From a virus, in IMG/VR virus record IMGVR_UViG_3300020185_000011: a stretch of 64,000 nt of DNA; one strand, 5' to 3'. The position numbers were made by a program, and so were the translations under genes. Positions 1 to 10,400 of this stretch are shown here, one piece after another. The stretch's first letter is position 1, and every line of letters starts with the position of its first letter. The notes under the pieces are model-generated. The model worked only from the letters and a program-made list of their open reading frames with translations. It was not told the origin of the DNA and did no database searches.

Positions 1-2
1 AA

Positions 3-1058
3 CTGAGTGGAAAGGGTTATGACCTAAAAAATATCAACGCAGGTAGTCTAGGTGCAGTTGCAGACCAACTTGCACAACAAGCAGAGGCTGCACAAGCAAC
101 ACTCGACAAAAGACGGTCTTCTCTAGAGAAGAATAAAGCATCGAAACAAGCAAAACAACAAGCTAAGAAGTCGCCCGAGACAACAGTTAGAGAACTACAG
201 TACCCTATCGGAGAAGAGTTGCAGAACTTTCTCATATTCACAACTTTACCTAGAACTGCTAGGAACGCAGATGGTGCTAATAACAAAAATTTGTTACACA
301 CAGAAAAGCTTGAGATTGCATTATACGTTCCCGATGAAATAAGTGAAGGGGATGTGAAAGCAAACTACTCAGCACAGTCAGTTGGTGCTGGTCTTAGACG
401 AGGACTTGCAATAAAAGATTCATTCAATGGTAAAATGGATGGTTCAACATTACAGGCAACTGGAACTGCATTAGAGGGAGCAGTCCAAGATGGTATGAAC
501 AAACTAGGTTCTATGCTCACTGGTGGTGCAAACAACTTCCTTGCTGGAAGAGCAGCCAACCCTATGGAAGAACAGATGTTCGAAGGAGTGGGTTTCAGAG
601 ATTTTTCTTTTGATTATGAGTTCTTTCCTAGAAATGGTGACGAAGCAACTGCAGTAAAAGATATCGTATGGGGGTTCAAGACTGCAATGTTACCCGACAC
701 ATATGGAGAAGCAGAGGGTGATACTGCAATTGAAAATTATTTCAACTATCCCAACATGTTTAAATTACATTGGGAAGGGCCGATTGCAGCTAAATTTGAT
801 GACTTCTTACCCATGGTATGTACATCATGTAATGTCTCACATTCAAACAAACTATTTGAAGATGGGTATCCAGTGTCAACAAAAATGTCACTAAGTTTCA
901 CAGAAATCAAAATACTCACACAGGAAAACTATCAGACAATATCCAAGTCAGCAAAGAAACAAGACTTAGGTGGTGGGATGACCTCATTGGCTGAAAGAAG
1001 ACAAGAAACCGTTGCAGCGTCAAATAAAGATAAAACAGCTCAAGGTGGTGGGGGTTAA
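3..1058 (+). CDS. gp48: Baseplate tail-tube cap gp48-like (5' truncated by window)
   Basis: Frame is open from position 3. Contains NPMEEQMFEGVGFRDFSFDYEFFPRN and YFNYP..F motifs typical of gp48/gp54-like proteins; lies before gp53. Confidence 0.8.
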   Translation: MSGKGYDLKNINAGSLGAVADQLAQQAEAAQATLDKRRSSLEKNKASKQAKQQAKKSPETTVRELQYPIGEELQNFLIFTTLPRTARNADGANNKNLLHTEKLEIALYVPDEISEGDVKANYSAQSVGAGLRRGLAIKDSFNGKMDGSTLQATGTALEGAVQDGMNKLGSMLTGGANNFLAGRAANPMEEQMFEGVGFRDFSFDYEFFPRNGDEATAVKDIVWGFKTAMLPDTYGEAEGDTAIENYFNYPNMFKLHWEGPIAAKFDDFLPMVCTSCNVSHSNKLFEDGYPVSTKMSLSFTEIKILTQENYQTISKSAKKQDLGGGMTSLAERRQETVAASNKDKTAQGGGG

Positions 1059-1061
1059 ACT

Positions 1062-1772
1062 ATGGCAAACGAATATTTCAACAATTTTCCAACAACACAA
1101 TATAAACTAAGTGACGGACGATGGATTACTATCAAGGACTTTTTCAGAAAGTCAAAGATAGACCAAAGTGCTTTACACAAAGTTATTGATTACGAATACT
1201 ATGAACTGCAAGATGGTGAAAGACCCGATGTAGTTGCAACCAAAATATATGGTAACGGTGATTTACATTGGACTCTATTACTAGTTAATGAAATGGAATC
1301 ATACTATGACTGGCATAAAGACACTCCAACCTTTGAAGCATTTCTAACTGAAAAATATCCAGGCCAATATCTAACCTTCGCAAATACATCTGATATAATC
1401 GATGGGAATGGTAAATTCTTACTGGGTGAAAAGATTACTTCTAACGATGGTAACACTGCACACGTTCTTAAAGTGGAACCTACATATAATAGAATTGGTG
1501 TACAGGGTAATAGAGAGTTTACTGGTGGAGATACAATAACAGGTTCAGAAAAAACTGCAACCATTTTAAGTGCAATCAATCAAATTGATGGTATAGCATA
1601 TTACAAAAATGATGAAGGTTTAAAGTCAAACAGCTTCGTCAATGGTTATACTTCAGTAACACTCTGGCAAGACGAGTTCGATAAAAACGATTCAAAAAGA
1701 TTAATAAAAATTATCAGACCACAATACATTCGAAGGGTTGTGCAAGAGTTTGATAAAATAATGAGTTCATAA
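1062..1772 (+). CDS. gp53: Baseplate wedge subunit gp53
   Basis: YFNNFP start, LysM-like GERPDVVATKIYG..LHWTLLLVN, C-terminal KRLIKIIRP. Confidence 0.85.
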   Translation: MANEYFNNFPTTQYKLSDGRWITIKDFFRKSKIDQSALHKVIDYEYYELQDGERPDVVATKIYGNGDLHWTLLLVNEMESYYDWHKDTPTFEAFLTEKYPGQYLTFANTSDIIDGNGKFLLGEKITSNDGNTAHVLKVEPTYNRIGVQGNREFTGGDTITGSEKTATILSAINQIDGIAYYKNDEGLKSNSFVNGYTSVTLWQDEFDKNDSKRLIKIIRPQYIRRVVQEFDKIMSS

Positions 1773-3223
1773 TGGCCCAAGGAAATTTTGTTGAAGGTGG
1801 ATTTTCCATCGAAGCATTCACAATAATAAACCAGCATGGAGAGACAGTTGTCATCGATGCTTTGACTGTGGGTGTAACATTATATGAATCAATCTTCTCA
1901 AAGTTTTGTTCGGGGCAAGCATCGGTTATCGATGGTCTAGATATTCTGAAAAACTACAGATTTACAGGACAGGAATTCTTGCGTTTATCCATTAAACAAA
2001 AGGAAGGATTTGACGAAGAGGCTCCAAAAGAATTTACTATCGATAAGACATTTAGAATCTATAAAGTATCAAACGTTCAGAGACCTAAAGAAAGTACACA
2101 ATCATATGTTTTATTCTTCTGTGACCCTAGACAATTCTATGTAAACAAAAAACGATTGAGTAAAACCTTTAGGGGTACAAAGGGTCAAATGTTACAAGAT
2201 GCATTGTTAGATGAAACACATTTCTATCCCGAAGAGTTTGACTTGTACGAAGAGACAACTCCAGCAAACCATCAATTCATTTGTCCTAACTGGACGGTCA
2301 ATAGATTTATCGATTGGTGTGTTACCACCTCTCATTCTGAAAAGAGTGATGGATGGAGAAACTCTATGTTCTTCTATCAGACACTTAACGGCGGGTTTAG
2401 ATTTGGGTCGATTGATGGAATGTTCCAAAGGGAGTTTCCAGTTGAGTTTACAATGAAACCAACATCAGCTGATGTAGAGTCTTCAGAAAAAGATTTGAAT
2501 GCTCCAGGCGGTCTTAACAGTAGAATCCTAAGTTATTATAAACCACAACAATTTGATACTCTTTCAGCTATGATTGGTGGGGCATATGGTGCTTCAATGA
2601 AAGTCTATGACCCAGTTAGAAAATTAGAAGAAGATGTGATTTACGATTACAAGGAAACCATGGACAGAGGTACACACCTTTCTGGCTTCCCACTTATTAT
2701 AACAGATGAAGATGAAGTCAGTCTATCTGCTCATAACCAAACAGATGATAGAACATCACCCGATGCAATTGAAGTTGATGTAGACCTTGCAATGAATAGA
2801 GAATTTAAAACCATAGTAGATTATACTTACACATCAAATCACACCTTTGATAATGCAGACTCTATTGCATCAGACGAAGTTTTCCAAGGAATTAAAAATA
2901 AAGACAATGCAAAATTAGAGAGAAGAGCTCTCTTAGAAATACTAGAACAACACAAGATGATAGTTACTATACCATTGAGAACCGACCTCTCTTGTGGAAC
3001 TGTTATCAAACTAAAAATCCCAGGCGCAGAAACATTGGATGGTAATGTAAGTGAAAACCTAAATGATGATAGATATCTGATTACAGATTTAAGTTTAAAT
3101 TTTGAACCAGCAAATGCTTCGGGAATAATGCATTTAGAGTGCGTTAAAGAAAGTTATACAATGGATATTGCAGATGCACCAGGCTTAGCAGAATCCGATA
3201 AAGCAGTGAAGGGGACAGATTAA
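1772..3223 (+). CDS. Baseplate hub-like protein
   Basis: 483 aa between gp53 and gp5; LYESIFS, FFYQTLNGGFRF and C-terminal YLITDL motifs of hub/gpD-like proteins. Confidence 0.6.
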   Translation: MAQGNFVEGGFSIEAFTIINQHGETVVIDALTVGVTLYESIFSKFCSGQASVIDGLDILKNYRFTGQEFLRLSIKQKEGFDEEAPKEFTIDKTFRIYKVSNVQRPKESTQSYVLFFCDPRQFYVNKKRLSKTFRGTKGQMLQDALLDETHFYPEEFDLYEETTPANHQFICPNWTVNRFIDWCVTTSHSEKSDGWRNSMFFYQTLNGGFRFGSIDGMFQREFPVEFTMKPTSADVESSEKDLNAPGGLNSRILSYYKPQQFDTLSAMIGGAYGASMKVYDPVRKLEEDVIYDYKETMDRGTHLSGFPLIITDEDEVSLSAHNQTDDRTSPDAIEVDVDLAMNREFKTIVDYTYTSNHTFDNADSIASDEVFQGIKNKDNAKLERRALLEILEQHKMIVTIPLRTDLSCGTVIKLKIPGAETLDGNVSENLNDDRYLITDLSLNFEPANASGIMHLECVKESYTMDIADAPGLAESDKAVKGTD

Positions 3224-4581
3224 TGGAACATTATTTTTATGGTATAGTCGAAGACAGACAAGACCCTCTTATGATAGGTAGGGTTCGTGTACGTATACAC
3301 GGAATACATACCGACAATAAACAACTAATTGCAACACCCGATTTACCATGGTGTCAAGTAATTCTTCCAACCACTGCAGCTGGACTTTCGGGTATAGGAA
3401 CTCAACATGGACTTGTAGAAGGTTCTACAGTATTTGGATATTTCAGAGATGGGGATTTAAAGCAAGACCCTATCATACTAGGAACAACAGCAGGTATCCC
3501 TCAAGTAGGGTACAAAGAATCTGTTACAGATGAACTTATTACTAGGGCAACCGATAGAGGGTTCAATGACCCTAGAAAGTTAACCGTAGAAGATTACAAT
3601 GATACATCCGATGGGCCCAATCCAAAACAGGATGTTAGAAGAGGGTTTGGTTTAACGAGTGCATTAGATACTGCACCCAAAGAACCTAAAACAATTGACA
3701 TCAAGTATGATGCAACAGGTTCAACCATTGAAGAGACAGAACTAACAGAAGATGATTTGCCTTTCTATCCATTATACACCGACCAGTCTGATTTGTCAAG
3801 TTTTGCAAGAGGCGTATCTAAAGAGGGTACTCTTTATGAGCATAAACTATCAGATAACTTAGAAGGATTCTTAGATAGTGCAGAAGCACCAGTCTACCCA
3901 TACAACAAAGTTACAGCAACAGAGTCGGGTCATCTAATTGAAGTTGATGATACTCCAACTGCAGAAAGACTAAACATACATCACAGGTCGGGAACATTCC
4001 ATGAGATACATCCCGATGGGTCAGAAGTTTCTAGAATAGTAAATGACCACTATCAAGTAGTGTGTAAAAACGATAGTATTTTCATAGCAGGTAATGCTGA
4101 TATAACTGTAGAAAAGGGTAATGTAACTATCAATGTGAATACTGGTAACGTAACAACAAACGTATTGAAGGGTGATATGACCACAACAGTATCAGAAGGA
4201 AATGTTCTTACAACCGTATCAAAAGGTAATGTCAATCTAGATGTGACCGAAGGTAACGTAGATGCACAGATAGGTGGAACATTAAATGCAGATGTAGTGG
4301 GTAACACAACATTCACTTCACCAACTACAAAAATGACTACAAATTTAACAGTTGACGGTACGGTTCATATCACTGGTAAACAAACTAACGATAAAACAAT
4401 ACATGCAACTGGGGATATATCAACCTCTGCTGGTAACGGCCCAACACTTGCAACTCATTACCATAAGACTAAATCAATGGATACTGGTAGTGGTGCAAAT
4501 GCTGGTAAGACTAATAAGTCCGAGAGACCAGGCCCAGGCTCTGCCCCAACAGATTTTCCTGTAGTTCCTGCTGAAGAATAG
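3223..4581 (+). CDS. gp5: Baseplate central spike gp5-like (no lysozyme domain)
   Basis: OB-fold GIVEDRQDPLMIGRVRVRIHG, YPYNKV.TESGH..EVDDTP..ERL..HHRSGTF, VxxGNV beta-helix repeats. Confidence 0.9.
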   Translation: MEHYFYGIVEDRQDPLMIGRVRVRIHGIHTDNKQLIATPDLPWCQVILPTTAAGLSGIGTQHGLVEGSTVFGYFRDGDLKQDPIILGTTAGIPQVGYKESVTDELITRATDRGFNDPRKLTVEDYNDTSDGPNPKQDVRRGFGLTSALDTAPKEPKTIDIKYDATGSTIEETELTEDDLPFYPLYTDQSDLSSFARGVSKEGTLYEHKLSDNLEGFLDSAEAPVYPYNKVTATESGHLIEVDDTPTAERLNIHHRSGTFHEIHPDGSEVSRIVNDHYQVVCKNDSIFIAGNADITVEKGNVTINVNTGNVTTNVLKGDMTTTVSEGNVLTTVSKGNVNLDVTEGNVDAQIGGTLNADVVGNTTFTSPTTKMTTNLTVDGTVHITGKQTNDKTIHATGDISTSAGNGPTLATHYHKTKSMDTGSGANAGKTNKSERPGPGSAPTDFPVVPAEE

Positions 4582-4592
4582 AATGATGCGAG

Positions 4593-4600
4593 TATAAATA
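4593..4600 (+). promoter_or_regulatory. T4-type late promoter TATAAATA (further copies at 11733, 20165, 24811, 28508, 44486, 47066, 49747, 56973, 58236; TAAATA variants ending at 25414, 34874, 39382, 52856, 61751)
   Basis: gp55 consensus placed upstream of structural genes; gp55 is encoded in the window. Confidence 0.8.
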
Positions 4601-4605
4601 GATAT

Positions 4606-5025
4606 ATGTCAGACCAACTAGTAAATAACGGAAAGACCGTTGCAAACAAAAACATATATTCTGATATGGATATAACCATGAGAGCTCATCCAGTAACAGG
4701 TGATGTCACTCTTAAAACGGATACGGATGCAATACGTAGAGCAGTAAGAAACATTGTTCTAACCAACAAATATGAAAGACCATTTAAACCAAACTTTGGT
4801 GGGTCTATCAGAAACATGTTATTTGAATTAGACACGGATAGAAAGGTACGTAGAATGCAAAGAACTTTAGTAGAGACCATAGAAAAGTTTGAACCAAGAG
4901 TTTCAAATGTGTCTGTAAGATTTGATGATGTTGACAACAACAATATGGATGTAACCGTATTTTATAACATTAACGAGGGTGTTCCAAATAACGATTTGAC
5001 ATTCACAGTAACAAGGGCACGATAA
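4606..5025 (+). CDS. gp25: Baseplate wedge subunit gp25
   Basis: YSDMD, AIRRAVRNIVLT..YERPFKPNFG, FEPRV. Confidence 0.9.
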   Translation: MSDQLVNNGKTVANKNIYSDMDITMRAHPVTGDVTLKTDTDAIRRAVRNIVLTNKYERPFKPNFGGSIRNMLFELDTDRKVRRMQRTLVETIEKFEPRVSNVSVRFDDVDNNNMDVTVFYNINEGVPNNDLTFTVTRAR

Positions 5026-5026
5026 G

Positions 5027-6898
5027 ATGGCAACAAATAGTTCACAAATAAATGTAACAGATTTAGACTTTGATTCAATTTCAGATAACCTTAAGTCGTA
5101 TCTAAAAGGACAACAACAATTTAAAGATTACGATTTCGAAGGGTCAAACATGTCAGTCTTGATTGACCTTCTTGCATATGCATCTCATATTGGTGCAATC
5201 AATACTAACATTGCAGCTTCGGAATTATTCCTAGACTCTGCACAAATGAGAAAGAATGTAGTATCACGTGCAAAGGATTTAGGATTTATTCCAGCGTCTG
5301 AAGCAGCGTCCGAAGCAACAGTAGATGTTGCATGTAGTGGTGTAAGAAATGCAGACGGTACATTGCCAACCACTTCAGAAATGCAACTTTTAAGAGGAAC
5401 AGTTTTTCAGACAGTATACGATGGAACCAACTACGATTTTGTAGTGTCATCAACAGTAAGACCAAGTCAGAATGGAACTACTTATAATTACACGGATGTA
5501 AACCTTGTACAGGGAACTTATGCAACAGACATCTATGTGTTTGATAATCAAATTGCAAATCCAAAGTTTGTGCTTAGTAATCAAAGGGTAGATAAATCTA
5601 AATTAAGTGTTGTGGTCACAAGTAGCGGTGTATCATCTAACTATGCATTGTCAACAGATATCTCAGCAATTACTACAACCTCTAAAGTATATTACACTCA
5701 AGAAAACGAAGAAGGATACATTGAACTTTATTTTGGTGATGGTGTTCTTGGTGCTAGTCTTAAAGATGGTGATTCAATTGCAGTGACTTATATTGTAGTG
5801 GATGATGCTCATGCAGATGGTGCTAACTTATTTACAATGGTGGGTGGTATCAATGGATTTTCAGATGTAAGGACAACTAGAGTCATTCCAGCTACAGGTG
5901 GTGCAGAGAAAGAATCTATCGACTCAATCAAATTTAAAGCAACAAAGTTTTACACATCTCAAAATAGATTGGTAACACTGAATGACTACAAAGCAAAGGT
6001 CAGTGAGTATTACCCAAACGCAGATGCAGTTGCAGTATGGGGTGGTGAAGACAATGACCCACCCGAATATGGTAAAGTGTTCATTGCACTTAAACCCAAA
6101 AACTCAGACTACTTATCTGATACAGAGAAGAAGTTAGTTCAAAGCAAACTCAACAAACTAAATATGTTGACTGTTAGACCTACTATCATCGATGCAGACA
6201 TAGTCAAAATTTTAATTACATGTGTATTCAAATATAACGAGAATGCAACACAATACTCTAACGGAGAATTGGTGACACTAGTAACAAGTGCAATCAATAC
6301 GTTCGACAATACTAACCTTTCAAACTTTGATTCTGTATTCAGACATTCGAATCTTGTTAAAGCTATTGACGAAACGGATGGTTCAATTCTTTCTAACACA
6401 TGTAATATCAGATTACGAAAAGCAACTACTATAAAGACTGGTCAAGAGACAGGATATACAAGTGTTTTTGGTAATGCATTATACAATCCAAACGATGGAT
6501 ATAATGCAGCGGGTGGTGGTATCACCCAAACAACAGGTTTCTATACTCAAGGGGATGCAGTTAACATTCATTATTTCGATGATGATGGTAAAGGTAACCT
6601 AAGACGGTTCTACTTATCAAGTGGTGCCAGAGTTTATTTGGATAGTACAGCTGGTACAGTGGATTATCCGAATGGGAAAGTAACAATCAATGCCATCAAT
6701 ATTACCTCAACGGTTAATACTGATTCAACGATTGATTTCACAGTTATACCAGCAGGTAATGATGTGGTTGCAACACTAGGTAATCTAGTAGATATCGACC
6801 CATCAGATGTTAGTGTAACAGGTGAAGTAGACACCATTGCAAGTGGTGAGTCGAGTGCTGGTGTTGGGTATAAATCCACATCAACCTCTTCATATTAA
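5027..6898 (+). CDS. gp6: Baseplate wedge subunit gp6
   Basis: LDFDSI..NLK.YL, FKDYDFEGS, ESIDSIKF.A...Y.SQNR.VT..DY, WGGEDNDPP.YGKVFI. Confidence 0.92.
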   Translation: MATNSSQINVTDLDFDSISDNLKSYLKGQQQFKDYDFEGSNMSVLIDLLAYASHIGAINTNIAASELFLDSAQMRKNVVSRAKDLGFIPASEAASEATVDVACSGVRNADGTLPTTSEMQLLRGTVFQTVYDGTNYDFVVSSTVRPSQNGTTYNYTDVNLVQGTYATDIYVFDNQIANPKFVLSNQRVDKSKLSVVVTSSGVSSNYALSTDISAITTTSKVYYTQENEEGYIELYFGDGVLGASLKDGDSIAVTYIVVDDAHADGANLFTMVGGINGFSDVRTTRVIPATGGAEKESIDSIKFKATKFYTSQNRLVTLNDYKAKVSEYYPNADAVAVWGGEDNDPPEYGKVFIALKPKNSDYLSDTEKKLVQSKLNKLNMLTVRPTIIDADIVKILITCVFKYNENATQYSNGELVTLVTSAINTFDNTNLSNFDSVFRHSNLVKAIDETDGSILSNTCNIRLRKATTIKTGQETGYTSVFGNALYNPNDGYNAAGGGITQTTGFYTQGDAVNIHYFDDDGKGNLRRFYLSSGARVYLDSTAGTVDYPNGKVTINAINITSTVNTDSTIDFTVIPAGNDVVATLGNLVDIDPSDVSVTGEVDTIASGESSAGVGYKSTSTSSY

Positions 6899-6947
6899 TT
6901 ATGCATAAAGTGGTCTAAGACTGTAGGTTCAGTGCTTAGAGTAGCAT

Positions 6948-6964
6948 TCCTCGAAAGAGGTTTT
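6948..6964 (+). terminator. Short GNRA hairpin with T-tract (possible terminator or attenuator)
   Basis: CCTC-GAAA-GAGG-TTTT between gp6 and the next gene. Confidence 0.35.
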
Positions 6965-6996
6965 AATTAAATTAGTCAATTTTAGGAGAAATAAAA

Positions 6997-7470
6997 ATGG
7001 CAGATAAGAAAATAACAGCTTTAACAGCAGTTGCTGATTCAGAAATCGGTGCTGATGATTTATTGCACATTGTAGATAACCCAGGCGGAACTCCTGTAAA
7101 CAAAAAGATGACCATTGGTCAGATGTTTGAAAACATTCCAACTCACTTAGCAGTAGATGATATTGCTACATTGACAGCAACAGCGTCAAACCTTGCATCA
7201 ACTTTTGCAACGTTCATTGATGGTACTGCTTTCAGTGGTGATGTTGCATTCACTTTGGATAACGGAACAGACGTAGGTCAGTTGAAAATTATCCTTGCTT
7301 CAACCGAACCAGCTTCAACTCATAAAGCTAATATTACTGTAACATCTTGGGGTTACTCCACAGATACTACAGAGCAAATTAAGTTAGACGCTCGTGGTGA
7401 AGCAGTAGTGTTGATGTGGAACGGAACTTCTTGGTTCCTTGTCTCATCACTAGGTGCAACTTTAAGTTAA
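6997..7470 (+). CDS. Virion structural protein (hypothetical)
   Basis: AGGAG RBS; MADKKITAL..D.L.IVD N-terminus common in phage structural proteins. Confidence 0.6.
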   Translation: MADKKITALTAVADSEIGADDLLHIVDNPGGTPVNKKMTIGQMFENIPTHLAVDDIATLTATASNLASTFATFIDGTAFSGDVAFTLDNGTDVGQLKIILASTEPASTHKANITVTSWGYSTDTTEQIKLDARGEAVVLMWNGTSWFLVSSLGATLS

Positions 7471-7484
7471 GGTTAAACTAAAAT

Positions 7485-10400
7485 ATGTCTCACCAAGATT
7501 TTTCAATAGATAAGCTAAGTCATAGACTACCTTCATTACTTCCCGAGTATTTGAAGGAAGAGTCTCCGATGTTTGAGGCTTTCCTCAATGCATACTTTGA
7601 ATATCTAGAGTCAGAAATCTTGGTCTTTGAAACCAGTTCTAAAACTGAGTTTGCAAAGAGTGACATAGATGGTGTTTCATTAGAAGATGGTACAGGTGCT
7701 ATATTATTAGAACCTGCTACCATCTCACCATCACCCGACCAAGATAGTTCAAAAATACTATACGATGGTTATAACGACAGTGACGAACAATTTTTATCTC
7801 CATACAAAGTTGGAGAATACATTGTAGGTAATACTAGTAAGACTGTATCTAAGATAGTAGTCATCAATGGTAATACATTATACCTACAAACAATATCGGG
7901 AACAGGTTTTGCCAAAGGCGAAATCATTAAAGGACGAGAAGGTGGACGAGAAACTTCCGTTACTTCATATAAAGAAAATACAATTCTCGCAAACAATCGA
8001 CTATTAGACTATTCTGATATCGACCATACAACGGAAGATTTTTTAAACTACTTCCAAACAGATTTAGCACCATCTTTCGATTTGGGTCTCACAATGAACA
8101 AGAGACTTACAATCAAAAACATCAAAGACCTATATCAACAAAAGGGTACGGAAGATTCATTAAAGTTCTTAATGAGACTTCTATATGGGGACGATGCAGA
8201 GGTGCGATACCCTTATAACGAAACTATATTTGCATCTGATTCAGATTACTCTCAAGAAAGAAGAGTAAATGTTAAGATGACCATACAAGGTCGAGTTCCA
8301 GTTGCAACAGACAAGATTGTAGAGTATAGAGATTCAACTAAGACTGCAATTCAAGCCGAATCAGTTATTGAATCTGTATATGTTCTTGACATCAATAACG
8401 ATGAATACTCATTAGAAATTACAGACAATCACAAAGGAACCTTTACTGCTGGTGCTGAAGTAGACCTAGTTGACAGAGATGGGGTTACCATAGAAACTGC
8501 AACCCTTCAAGGTTTAATACATTCTATAAACCATGATGCATCTTCAACATATGTCGGTGTAGACTCAGAAGATGGTAAGATGCTATCTGAAACAGGGGAT
8601 TCTACATTACTAGAAGATGGTGGGTTCATTCTAAAAGAACCTGTAGATTTTGACCTATTGTGGGAAGATGGTGGTGGTATACTACTTGAAGGTGGTAATG
8701 CTGGTTCCATGTATAGCAATGCTGACACAATTAATTTCCTCGGTGCAAAGGATAACCTAGATTCAGTAGAATGTCAAACTAACGTAAGTGGTTTATCACT
8801 TGGTGGAGTTGAAAGGATATTCATTGATTTGGGTGGAACAAATTACGAAGGTGGAGAGATGGTTGTCTTTGACAACACTGCCACAGGTGGTTCGGGTGCA
8901 GCTGGTATCATAGGTTCAGTGGGTGACGAAGTCATTCAAGAAAACCATGAGACATTTGGTCAATACGAATACATTGCAACAGCTGGTCAAACACTTTTCA
9001 ATGGTGATGACATCCATGGTAAGAGTTTGTTCTTTAACGATAACTCCATTACAGTATTTAAGAATGGTATAGAAAAAACAGCAAATACATCACATACAAA
9101 ACATGACTACTCTCACAAAAATGATAGAGTAGTATTTGAAGAACCTTGTAGTGCTGGTGATGTTGTAGAGATTGTCATCGAATACTATAGAATAGTATAT
9201 GAAGATGGCAGAGCAATAAACTATAACTCTGAAGATGGAAGAATCAGAGAAGTTATAATTTCAGACCCAGGCGCAGGTTATCACACTCTTCCAAAAGTAT
9301 ATCCAGGCGGTTACATATTCCTTGATGATGTAAGTCAATTTGTTGAGGGTGAATTAATAACTCAAGTAGAAAACTTTGAGACAACTGCAACAGGTAAAGT
9401 ACTAGAAGTAGACGTACAGAAAAATAGATTAACTATCCTCAGAGATAGTACACATACAGGTGTGTTTAAAGATGGAGCTCCTATCACGAGTCAGCTATCT
9501 AACCAAAGTACCATTATTAGAAATCAGAATGTTGCAACAGGTAATGGTGCGACATTATTTGCATACTCATCAACCATTGGTGCTATTGAAAAGTTAAACA
9601 TACTAGACCAAGGTAATAGATTCACCTCAGATGCAGTAGCAAGTCCTACATCAACTTTCCCGATGATGATTACAACCCCAACATCATCCCTAAACCAAGG
9701 AGAAAAAATTGTTGGTGATATTTCGGGTGCAACTGCAGACGTTCTTAGTTATGACCAAGACAGACACGTTCTTAAGTATACAAATTTAAAAGGTTCTTTC
9801 CTACAGGATGAAAGAGTTGCATATGCTAATGAAGACTCATTCAAAGTTATGTTCGATGACCCTTACAATGGTCGTGGTAGTTTTGGTGGAGAAGGTCTTA
9901 TACAAGAACATTTTGTTGGGGACAAATCTTGGTTAGACACAACTGCAGCCAATATACATGACAGTCACAGATACCAATCTCATTCTTACATAGTTAGAGT
10001 TGGTGAATCCATTAACAAATGGAGAAGTGTAGTTAAAGATTTACTACATCCAGCTGGTCATATATTCTTTGGTGAAGTTGCAATCCATAAAACTGTTAAA
10101 AGTACAGATGTACCTCAAGGTCGTTTCTCAGAGGAAGACCTCAACCTCGAAAACAGAATGGGTATTATATCAACTACATTCGTACCCATGGTTGTTATGC
10201 AATTACATCCAACAGACAATGTATTGTTGGAAACTTCAGATAGAAATAGTGAAGACCACTTAGCCTTAGAAGATGGTCTTGCACCCGACCATGAGTTGTA
10301 TTCAGTATCAAACATACATCTATTGGAGAATGAAAACTCTAGAGATAATTTTGCACATTTCTCTAAACAAACACTTAAGGAATTACAAACTTATCTTACA

